The notes: a model not told the origin generated them from the letters alone. A stretch of DNA of 33,263 nt from an uncultured Flavobacteriales bacterium (GCA_903821715.1 CAIJMB010000004.1:1-33263), one strand, 5' to 3'; shown: positions 17,449-25,555, counted from the stretch's first letter. Numbers and translations: made by a program.

Positions 17449-18771
17449 TCAACGGAATTTAGCTTTCATGAACCACTGGTCGTTCAGTGTAACGCCAACG
17501 AAGGCGCGAAGATATTGTTCACGGACGAGACCATTTTGGATACTACCCAATTGCCCGGCACTCAGCCCGAGGTGTAGCGTCGAAACTTTAACGTCTCCAG
17601 GAATAAAACTACGTCCACCAACCGGCATTGCCAACCCAAAGTTGGCGTTCCATCCGGTGACTTCGGTACCATTGAGCACCAGTCCAAATCGGTCGCTGCG
17701 AAACGCGGCGATGTACTGAATCTGACTCCAATAGGACGTCAGACGTCGGTTCGAAAAGGCAAGCATCGGAACCACCGAGGCGTTCGCTACCCACGTCGAT
17801 GTCGGCTGTTGGTAGGCCCCAGGAACTACTGAACCAAAATCCCGTTGCTGTTCCAAATTAATTTGCTCGTAGTGTACGGCAAGCGACCATGCGGGCAGCA
17901 TGGCATTCTTGCGGTTCCGCACCCACCTCAATCCGTATCCAAGACGCGAACCAAGCACAATACTACCCGATGTAGCCGCTCGAGATTGCACGGTATCCAG
18001 CGGAAGTTCGGTTCCCGCAGCGTTCGTATTGAAACTGTAAAGGCTGTAATCTTGCGTAGCCTGAAGTGAGGCGGTGGGTTCGTACTGAATTCCGGCGGTA
18101 ACCTCTTGATCGCCAAACGGCAGAATAAGTTGGCCACCAAACTGCCAGCGCCAGTCGCTTACCGAGACGTGCTCCACCTCTCCAACGTAGTCGTAGCGGG
18201 CATTGGTGAAGTAGAGTTTATTGCTGCGCTCGGCCGTACCGAATAGGTAGCGAGTAGTCGCACCCATCGAGATGTATTTAATGGGCATCCACGACCACGA
18301 AATCGCAGTGGCGTTCAAGCCTCCGCGACCCGTGTAGCGGCGGTACCAGTCACCAAAAGATGAATCTGTTCCGCCTGTTTGAAGGTCGTAGCCCACTGAG
18401 GTGTACGGGCGCAGTGAGCCTGCCAAGGCCATACCCTTACCGAGAGGGACGCCAATTCCGAAATGATTGAAGCCGCCTGTCTGATTGAGCACAATTTTAC
18501 TTGCATTGGATTGACGAATTCCAGACCACTGGCCCCCGAGGTCCAGCGTGGTGTATTTAAGCGCCGAAAGGGCTGCAGGTTGGTCCGGATTGACGTACCA
18601 CGGATTGCGGTCTGCGGAACTCGCGCCGCCAAGAAGTTGCTGGTAAGCGTTGGCTTGGGCGGCGAACCAGCCCGTTCCGAACAGTGAGTACGGACTGACG
18701 GACTGCTGTTGTGCACTCAAGCTCAGGACCGTAGCGAGCATTAGGGCAGTGAGGAAGCGTGGCGTATTCAT
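17449..18771 (-). CDS. Outer-membrane beta-barrel, FadL/TodX-like (candidate Bacteroidota BamG orthologue)
   Basis: Start MNTPRF at 18771, signal peptide, N-terminal SPYS.FG.G...LGG...A...NP..PA plug, amphipathic strands, C-terminal ND.WF.K. The BamG assignment rests on recalled synteny (coaX-barrel-TPR-lptC) and is not verified. Confidence 0.75.
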   Translation of the reverse strand: MNTPRFLTALMLATVLSLSAQQQSVSPYSLFGTGWFAAQANAYQQLLGGASSADRNPWYVNPDQPAALSALKYTTLDLGGQWSGIRQSNASKIVLNQTGGFNHFGIGVPLGKGMALAGSLRPYTSVGYDLQTGGTDSSFGDWYRRYTGRGGLNATAISWSWMPIKYISMGATTRYLFGTAERSNKLYFTNARYDYVGEVEHVSVSDWRWQFGGQLILPFGDQEVTAGIQYEPTASLQATQDYSLYSFNTNAAGTELPLDTVQSRAATSGSIVLGSRLGYGLRWVRNRKNAMLPAWSLAVHYEQINLEQQRDFGSVVPGAYQQPTSTWVANASVVPMLAFSNRRLTSYWSQIQYIAAFRSDRFGLVLNGTEVTGWNANFGLAMPVGGRSFIPGDVKVSTLHLGLSAGQLGSIQNGLVREQYLRAFVGVTLNDQWFMKAKFR

Positions 18772-19451
18772 TCTTGTGCAAGGGCCCAGAGTCCTCTGGC
18801 AACCCAATTTTCGTCGGCAAAGATGCCCTTTTTCAAATGATTGACAAAAGTTGGGCCATCTCCACCCGTGACGAGGACAGTTAAATTTGGATTAATTCTT
18901 TCGAAGCGTTCGATTTCTGCGTTGATTTCGTCCACCATCCCTTGCGCCGCACCTCGGCGCATGCTTTGTGCCGTCGTGTGGGTTCGGGGGTCGGAACCGA
19001 GTTCAACAATCGCCTCCAGATCCGGGAGGCTCCCGGTGTGCTTGTGCATCGCCTTCAGCCGACTGGACCACCCAGGGGCTATCGATCCGCCTTGAAAGCG
19101 GCCGTCTTGCGCGAGGTAGCTGTAGGTTAGGCAGGTTCCGAGTGAAATGAGAAGTAATGGCAGATCAGGGTAATGCGTCCGGGCTCCTTCGATCGCCGCA
19201 AGGCGGTCCACCCCCACGGATTCTGAATAATCTACTGCAAAACTCCAGTTCGCCCGAGAAGTGACGACTGTTCCAATGTTCCAATGCCACCCCGCGGAAT
19301 CGCAAATAAAAATTGAGTCGTCACGCGTATTAAGCCACGCTTCACAATCTACTTGCGCTGCACGTGGCCAGGTTTGCTGGTGTTGAACACTTCCGTCTTG
19401 ATTGAAAATCAATACTTTGATGCGTGTGTTGCCGGCGTCTACAGAAATCAT
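18768..19451 (-). CDS. coaX: Type III pantothenate kinase
   Basis: VDAGNTRIK, GVDR, GT..T, GG.IAPG, L.TGGD, L/W..RGL. Confidence 0.9.
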   Translation of the reverse strand: MISVDAGNTRIKVLIFNQDGSVQHQQTWPRAAQVDCEAWLNTRDDSIFICDSAGWHWNIGTVVTSRANWSFAVDYSESVGVDRLAAIEGARTHYPDLPLLLISLGTCLTYSYLAQDGRFQGGSIAPGWSSRLKAMHKHTGSLPDLEAIVELGSDPRTHTTAQSMRRGAAQGMVDEINAEIERFERINPNLTVLVTGGDGPTFVNHLKKGIFADENWVARGLWALAQE

Positions 19452-19461
19452 GGGAGTGAAG

Positions 19462-19469
19462 CAAAGGTA
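19462..19469 (-). promoter_or_regulatory. -7 box (TACCTTTG) for the coaX envelope operon
   Basis: Perfect TAnnTTTG, 10 nt upstream of the ATG at 19451. Confidence 0.65.
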
Positions 19470-19485
19470 TTTCGAATTTGCGCAT

Positions 19486-19493
19486 TACCTTTG
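19486..19493 (+). promoter_or_regulatory. -7 box (TACCTTTG) for tRNA-Phe
   Basis: Perfect TAnnTTTG, 13 nt upstream of the tRNA. Confidence 0.7.
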
Positions 19494-19506
19494 CGCTCCC
19501 GATTTT

Positions 19507-19582
19507 GGTTCGGTAGCTCAGTTGGTAGAGCAATGGACTGAAAATCCATGTGTCGACGGTTCGATTCCGCCCCGAACCACCA
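19507..19582 (+). tRNA. tRNA-Phe (GAA) with encoded CCA
   Basis: Cloverleaf: acceptor GGTTCGG/CCGAACC, D arm GCTC-AGTTGGTA-GAGC, anticodon arm ATGGA-CTGAAAA-TCCAT, T loop TTCGATT, ACCA end; 76 nt. Confidence 0.97.
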
Positions 19583-19589
19583 AAATCGC

Positions 19590-19620
19590 AAAGCCCCTCA
19601 GTTTTCTGTGGGGCTTTTTT
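19590..19620 (+). terminator. Intrinsic terminator after tRNA-Phe
   Basis: AAAGCCCC-T-CAG-TTTT-CTG-T-GGGGCTTT hairpin followed by a T run. Confidence 0.8.
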
Positions 19621-19643
19621 ACTTCTGAGCCTTTGGCGAAGCG

Positions 19644-19651
19644 TACCTTTG
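19644..19651 (+). promoter_or_regulatory. -7 box (TACCTTTG)
   Basis: Perfect TAnnTTTG ending 4 nt before the ATG at 19656. Confidence 0.65.
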
Positions 19652-19655
19652 GCGC

Positions 19656-19934
19656 ATGGCTACCCAGCTAAAATGCACCCACTGCGGCGATTGGGGCGAG
19701 GACCCAACTGGCTGCCCCTCGTGCGGCACTCCGCGCAACGTACACAGCACCTTTGCCAACCAAGGCAATCCGGAACGATTTAAAGCATTTGAAATGCCTG
19801 CGATGCAATGGAATACTGACCCCAAGATCCCCACATGGAAGCGAAGCATCATCAACACCGGCAAGGCACTGAATTGGATGGTGCTCGCCGTGGGTGGCGC
19901 CATAGCCTGGATGGCATACTGGGTAGCGGTATAA
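19656..19934 (+). CDS. Hypothetical zinc-ribbon protein with C-terminal membrane segment
   Basis: CTHC-x9-CPSC at the N-terminus, hydrophobic C-terminus (WMVLAVGGAIAWMAYWVAV), own promoter box. Confidence 0.75.
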   Translation: MATQLKCTHCGDWGEDPTGCPSCGTPRNVHSTFANQGNPERFKAFEMPAMQWNTDPKIPTWKRSIINTGKALNWMVLAVGGAIAWMAYWVAV

Positions 19935-20263
19935 ACCCGCTGGCCCTGATTGCCTTGGGCGCATTCGTGGCGCATCAGGGATTCATTGCGGCAGACGTGC
20001 ATCTAACCATGGCAGATTCCCATCTGGACCCGTTGTGCACGGTACCGGTGGCTTTAGGAATACCGAGCATCCTTGCACGAAGAATTCAACCTGATTTTAT
20101 GCTAACATGGTGGGCGGTAGCGTGTTTTACCGCGGCACTTGCTGTCGCTTTTGAAGTATGGATTCCCAACGTTGACACTCGTTTCACTGCAGATCCGATA
20201 GACGTCCTTGCCTACTTCACCGGTGCAGGAATTTGGCGTTTTGTTGAACCTCTCGGTCGATAA
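19931..20263 (+). CDS. Hypothetical small membrane protein (start uncertain)
   Basis: Hydrophobic helices with HQ, SHLDP...P, FE.WIP....RFTADP.D.LAYF.G. The protein-like part begins near 19931 (ATA codon); in-frame alternatives are TTG at 19874 and ATG at 19835. Confidence 0.65.
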   Translation: MNPLALIALGAFVAHQGFIAADVHLTMADSHLDPLCTVPVALGIPSILARRIQPDFMLTWWAVACFTAALAVAFEVWIPNVDTRFTADPIDVLAYFTGAGIWRFVEPLGR

Positions 20264-20268
20264 GCGGT

Positions 20269-20276
20269 TACTTTTG
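20269..20276 (+). promoter_or_regulatory. -7 box (TACTTTTG) for the mvaA operon
   Basis: Perfect TAnnTTTG, 15 nt upstream of the ATG at 20292. Confidence 0.65.
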
Positions 20277-20291
20277 CATTAAACCTTAGAC

Positions 20292-21644
20292 ATGAAGCGT
20301 AGCAACCTCCAAATTCGTGGCTTTTCGAAGTTGAGTAAGTCCGCCAAAATAACCTGGCTGACCGAGCAGCACCTGAGCAACCCCGAGCAGGGTCAGGCCC
20401 TCATCGCTTCGTACAACCACGGCGACGAAAGCGTTCAAAAGCGCCACGATGAATTCATCGAAAACACCGTCGCCAACTACTTTCTGCCGCTGGGGGTAGC
20501 TCCCAACTTTTTGATTAACGGTCAGGTATACACGGTTCCGATGGCCATCGAAGAAAGTTCAGTGGTCGCTGCCGCTGCCAAATCCGCACAGTTCTGGATG
20601 GACCGCGGCGGATTCGTTTCTACGGTTCTGTCGACGACCAAAATTGGGCACATTCACTTCACCTTCACTGGCGACGCCTCAGCCCTCACCACCTTGGTCG
20701 CGCGCATTCAGCCTGAATTGCTCGCAGCTACAGAAGGCATTACCTCCAACATGCGTGCGCGCGGCGGAGGCATCTTGAGCATCGAGCTCAAGAACCGCCG
20801 CACGGCCATGGACGACTACTTTCAGCTCGAAGTCCGCTTTGAAACCCGTGATTCGATGGGGGCTAACTTCATCAATTCCTGCCTCGAAGAGATGGCCAAG
20901 GTGCTCCGCCTCGAAGCGGCCACCGACGCCGGCACGGCCAGTGGCGACCTCGAAGTAGTAATGTGCATTTTGAGCAACTACACCCCCGAGTGCATTGTGC
21001 GGTCCGAAGTCCGCTGCGCCCTCGAAGATTTGGACGACGGCTCTGGTATCGACGTCCATGAATTTGCCCGTAAGTTTCAGCGTGCGGTGCGCATTGCTGA
21101 AGTGGAACCGTACCGTGCTGCCACCCACAACAAAGGCATCATGAACGGCATTGACGCCGTCGTGCTCGCCACCGGCAACGACTTCAGGGCCGTAGAAGCG
21201 GCGTGCCATACCTACGCCTCGCGAGATGGCCAGTACCGCTCACTTACGCACTGCTCCGTGGACAACGGCGAGTTCCGTTTTTGGATCGAGGTTCCGCTCT
21301 CACTCGGAACCGTCGGTGGACTGACCAAACTGCACCCTTTAGTGCAGCTCTCCCTCGAAGCACTTGGGAACCCCGGAGCAGAAGAACTCATGGGCATCAT
21401 CGCCGCCTCGGGACTGGCACAGAATTTTGCGGCACTTCGGGCGCTCACGACCACGGGCATTCAAAAGGGCCACATGAAGATGCACTTGCTCAACATCCTC
21501 AACCAGCTTGAGGCCACTGATGCCGAAAAAGCAGAATTGACGGCGTTTTTTGCCGACAAGGTTCCGCACCACGCCGAAGTGGTCGCTGCGTTTTGCAGGT
21601 TGCGCGGAATCCCGGTTCCGGCCGCTGAAGGCGTCGCGCGATGA
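20292..21644 (+). CDS. mvaA: Hydroxymethylglutaryl-CoA reductase, class II
   Basis: IEN, PMA.EESSVVAA, DSMGAN, THNKGIMNG, ATGNDFRA.EA, GTVGG, GI..GHMKMH. Confidence 0.94.
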   Translation: MKRSNLQIRGFSKLSKSAKITWLTEQHLSNPEQGQALIASYNHGDESVQKRHDEFIENTVANYFLPLGVAPNFLINGQVYTVPMAIEESSVVAAAAKSAQFWMDRGGFVSTVLSTTKIGHIHFTFTGDASALTTLVARIQPELLAATEGITSNMRARGGGILSIELKNRRTAMDDYFQLEVRFETRDSMGANFINSCLEEMAKVLRLEAATDAGTASGDLEVVMCILSNYTPECIVRSEVRCALEDLDDGSGIDVHEFARKFQRAVRIAEVEPYRAATHNKGIMNGIDAVVLATGNDFRAVEAACHTYASRDGQYRSLTHCSVDNGEFRFWIEVPLSLGTVGGLTKLHPLVQLSLEALGNPGAEELMGIIAASGLAQNFAALRALTTTGIQKGHMKMHLLNILNQLEATDAEKAELTAFFADKVPHHAEVVAAFCRLRGIPVPAAEGVAR

Positions 21645-22495
21645 GCCGATGGTGGAGCGCAGGTAAGCTGCTGCTGAGCGGCGAATACTGGGTGCTCCAC
21701 GGCGCTGAATCGCTTGCGGTTCCGACTCAAAAGGGTCAGTCACTTGAATTTCAAGACACCAACAGTCCCCTCAAGTGGACGGCCCTAGATGTTCATGGGA
21801 ATGCGTGGCTCGACGCCGAGGCATTGACCGACGCACACCTCGCGAAGTTGCTCGAAGCAGCGCGGAATTTGGGCGGAAGCGTGCCATCCCACGGGCACGT
21901 CACCACCCGACTTGAGTTTGAACGCAGTTGGGGCTGGGGATCGTCCTCAACCCTCACCGACTTGATCGCGCAGTGGACCGGCGTGGACGCCATGGCGCTC
22001 CACTTTGCCACATCCAAAGGGTCCGGATTCGATGTGGCGAGTGCCCGTGCAGACGGGGCGCTCATGTACCGCAAGACGGGCGAAGATTCCGCCGAATGGC
22101 ACAACGTAGCGTCAGGCCACTGGCCCACAGCGCACTTTGGACTCGTCTACCTCGGCGCGAAGCAAGACAGCCAAGTCGAGGTGGCCAAAGCGAGGCGCCT
22201 GCCGCTTCGCGATGAAATTGAAGCCATTAGTCGCCTCAGCCACCAACTCGCAGCGGGACAGACGGCAGAGGAATGGGCCTCGACCGCCAAAGAGCTTGAA
22301 GCACGCACGGCGGAGTGGATCGCCACCCCTCAAGTGCAGGACCGCTTTCCCGACGCTCCCGCGACGCTGAAGAGCTTAGGCGCATGGGGAGGGGACTTTG
22401 CCCTCGCCATCTGCCCCGACCCCGAAGATTTGGCGTATTTTTCACGAAAGGGATTGTTTACCCTGCCATGGTCCGACTGCGTACACTTACCGTAG
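21641..22495 (+). CDS. GYDIA-family GHMP kinase (candidate phosphomevalonate kinase)
   Basis: GKLLLSGEY.VL.GA, WG.GSSST, GSGFDVA, YLG.KQ.S, KSLGAWGGDF; ATGA overlap with mvaA. Confidence 0.85.
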   Translation: MSRWWSAGKLLLSGEYWVLHGAESLAVPTQKGQSLEFQDTNSPLKWTALDVHGNAWLDAEALTDAHLAKLLEAARNLGGSVPSHGHVTTRLEFERSWGWGSSSTLTDLIAQWTGVDAMALHFATSKGSGFDVASARADGALMYRKTGEDSAEWHNVASGHWPTAHFGLVYLGAKQDSQVEVAKARRLPLRDEIEAISRLSHQLAAGQTAEEWASTAKELEARTAEWIATPQVQDRFPDAPATLKSLGAWGGDFALAICPDPEDLAYFSRKGLFTLPWSDCVHLP

Positions 22496-24659
22496 CACTG
22501 CTGCTCCTTTGGGGGCTTGCAGCTCAGGCTGCCCACCTGGTGGGCGGAGAGCTGACCTATACCTGCCTCGGAAACAACCAGTACCAGATCAAACTGGTGG
22601 TGTACCGCGACTGCAACTCAACCGGTGCGCAGCTCGACCCAACCGTATCGATTGGCATTTACGACGGAATCCAAAACCTTCTGATCCACAACCTTCAGGT
22701 AAACAAGGGGCCGACGATTGGTGTGCCCGCCAATACGGGGAACCCCTGCCTTCAGGCTCCGCCCAATATCTGCACAGAGTACGCGACCTACACGACCGTC
22801 GTACAGCTCCCGCAGCGCACGAACGGCTACGTGATCACATGGCAGCGCTGCTGCCGCAATGCAACAATCAGCAACATACCCACTCCCGACGACTGGGGCT
22901 CGACGCTGATGGCGCGCGTGCCGCCCATGGACCAGTGCAACAACAGTCCGCAGTGGAACAGCCTGCCACCCATCGTACTGTGCAACCAAGAGACCCTTCG
23001 GATTCCGAGCATCGCCACCGACCCGACGGCGACTCGCTCTACTACCGACTCGTCAACCCGCTGCACGGAGGCGGAAAGAACAACGGGACTGGATTCAACA
23101 CCCCCGCCCCTAGCCCACCCGCACCGCCTCCCTATGTTCCAATCACCTTTTTGAACCCTACGACGCCTACGAATCCCATACCGGGAAACCCGTCCTTGAG
23201 TATTAACGGGACTACCGGAACCTTAACCGGGTTTCTCAATGTCACCGGACAGTTCGTGCTCGCTATCGAGGTTGAGGAATGGAGAAGCGGGGCGCTTTTG
23301 AACACCGTCCGCCGCGACTACCAGTTCAATGTGACCTCGTGCCAAGCGTTTATTAAGGCAGACATTGTTTCAGAAGTGGACGATCCCGAGCAGATTTGCA
23401 TTGGGGCGACGGTTCCATTTTTTCACGAGTCCATCAATGCAACAACATTTTGGTGGGATTTTGGTGATCCGAGCCGCAGCGATGACACCTCTCGCCTCGC
23501 ATTTCCGACCTGGACGTTTAGCGACACCGGTGAATTCTGGGTAACGCTTGTGGCCAATCCCGGCTGGCCCTGTGCCGACACGGACCGCGTTAAGTTCCAT
23601 ATCTACCCGCCCATCAATCCGAGTTTTACGCACGACGGCGGCCCATGCTTTGATCAGCAGCCCGTCACGTTTACCGCGTTCGGAACCTGGTTTGACGGCG
23701 CACAGTTTGATTGGACGTTTGGGGCTCCGGGCGACGCTTCACTGGCAAATTGGTCCGGCGAATTCCCGCCTCCCGTTCAGTTTCTTCAGCCCGGAACCTA
23801 CCCGGTCACCCTGCGCATTCAGTCCAAATCCTGCGACGAATCCTACCTCGATTCGGTGGTGGTTGATCCGCGACCCCGACTCGACAGTGCCATTGGGCCG
23901 TGGGTGGGCTGCGAACCCTACACGCTCGTCTTTGATGCGGGGGCATTTGCCCGCCGCACAACCTACTTCGAATGGGATTTCGGAGATGGCTCAGGGGACA
24001 CGGTGGAGTCTCCCGTGCACACCTACACGGTACCGGGCTTGTACGACGTTCGGGTGCGCATGTGGACCGAAACGGGCTGCCGCGACACGGTAGAAAAGAT
24101 CTTTCCGGGGGCTATTCGGGTGAATCCAAGGCCGGTATTGGGCATGACGATTGCGCCCAAGACGGTGTCGATTTACCAACCTTTGGTTCAGGTGCGTGCT
24201 GACTCAGTGGACGCCGACGAGCAGTTCTGGTTTGACATGGGCGATTCGTCTCTCTACGCCCAAGAGGCCTTTGTCGTGCACCTCTACCGCGATACCGGAA
24301 CCTTTGTGGTGCGCCGCATCGCCGTAAATCAGTTTGGGTGCTGGGACACCCTTGTAGACTCGGTTCGCGTCAACCCCATCTATAATGTGTGGTCGCCCAC
24401 CGCGTTTACGCCGAACGGAGACGGCGGGAACGAGGGCTTTCGGCCCGTTGCAACCGGCATTACGCAGTACCGCCTTCACATAATGGACCGGTGGGGCAAC
24501 GTGGTCTTTCGGAGTGAAAATGCGCTTGAAGAATGGAACGGACGCGTGCACAACGTTGGGGCCGAATGCCCCGAGGGTGCCTACGTGTGGTCGCTGTTTA
24601 CGCTTGATTTTGGGGATTCCCCCGTCGAGCAGCAGGGCGTCGTGCTACTTGTTCGCTAA
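22468..24659 (+). pseudogene. PKD-domain T9SS cargo with type B CTD, split by a 1-nt frameshift near 23023 (real lesion or sequencing error)
   Basis: Frame A from ATG 22468 gives a signal peptide, AHLVGGELTY.C...YRDC and QRCCRN up to ..ATD; frame B resumes DGDSLYY, PKD repeats (WDFGD) and PTAFTPNGDG.N CTD. Adding one C restores ATDPDGDSL and a protein of about 730 aa. Confidence 0.85.
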
Positions 24660-25007
24660 GGCGTAGGCTGCGGCGGCAGCGCCGATGCTCAGCACCAAGG
24701 TTACCGTCACGTAACCCAAGGCCATCAGCCATGAACCCGTTTTGGCCCACTGTAGGGCTTCCCAACTAAAGGTGCTCATGGTACTGAATCCGCCGCACAC
24801 CCCCGTGGCGAGTGCAAGCTGAATCCGCGCGTCAGGATGGGGCCGCGCCATGAGGTAGCCAAGTAGTGCTGCCGCTGCGACGTTGGCCACTAGAGTGGCG
24901 GTGGAAGCGGTGAGTAGCGGGGCCTCTGCGCGCTTGAGTAGGACCGTCAATGACCAGCGAAGAAGGCTGCCGAAGGCTCCGCCCAAGGCTACGGCAAACG
25001 GATTCAT
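24645..25007 (-). CDS. crcB: Fluoride channel Fluc/CrcB
   Basis: GGAFGSLLRW, TLVAN, TG.CGGFSTMSTFS.E; 120 aa, 4 TM. Confidence 0.92.
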   Translation of the reverse strand: MNPFAVALGGAFGSLLRWSLTVLLKRAEAPLLTASTATLVANVAAAALLGYLMARPHPDARIQLALATGVCGGFSTMSTFSWEALQWAKTGSWLMALGYVTVTLVLSIGAAAAAYALANK

Positions 25008-25555
25008 AGTCCCGAAGATAGAGGGCGAATGCGGAGAATGAGGCGACCGACTGCGATTCCGAGCAGTGCGCCGGCCAGCACGTCACCCGGATAGTGCACG
25101 CCGAGGTATACCCGCGAAAAGGGGACCGCCAAGGCCCACATCACTGCCAACACCAAGAGCCATCGACCAGGCCGTGAAGCCACGTATACCGTCAGCAAAG
25201 CCCAGGTGGTGGCCGCATGGCCTGAGACAAAGCCAAAGGCTCCGCGGCACGTGGCCACAGCGCGAAATTCACCCTCGAGGGCCCAGCACGGCCGAGGACG
25301 TTCGATACTGTTTTTGAGTAAGGTGGCGACCCAATCCGAAGCCGCAAAGGCGGCTAACAGGGTAATCAAAAGCCAAAACCAGGCACTGAGTGAGAATTTT
25401 GGGCGCTGGACCGCCCATAAGACGAGCCAGATGGCGAGTGCAACCCAAGTATTGGAAACCGCTGTACACAGTAGGTCCGCCCAGGGTCCACCATGGCCAG
25501 CGAGGTCGAGAAAGACCGAGCGGTCTAGTCGATCGAGCGATTCAATGAATCCCAC
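25004..25555 (-). CDS. PAP2 family membrane phosphatase
   Basis: K....RPRP, F.SGHA, SRVYLGVHYP.DVLAG. The GTG start overlaps the obgE 3' end by 31 nt. Confidence 0.9.
   Translation of the reverse strand: MGFIESLDRLDRSVFLDLAGHGGPWADLLCTAVSNTWVALAIWLVLWAVQRPKFSLSAWFWLLITLLAAFAASDWVATLLKNSIERPRPCWALEGEFRAVATCRGAFGFVSGHAATTWALLTVYVASRPGRWLLVLAVMWALAVPFSRVYLGVHYPGDVLAGALLGIAVGRLILRIRPLSSGL

Noticed and set aside
19507..20263. Genomic island integrated at tRNA-Phe
   Set aside because: There is no integrase, I saw no duplicated tRNA 3' end, and the downstream genes are core-type with native promoters.
22315..23024. Treating ORFs 22315..23154 and 22398..24659 as two separate genes
   Set aside because: They are two halves of one frameshifted gene, and their extra N-terminal segments are not protein-like.
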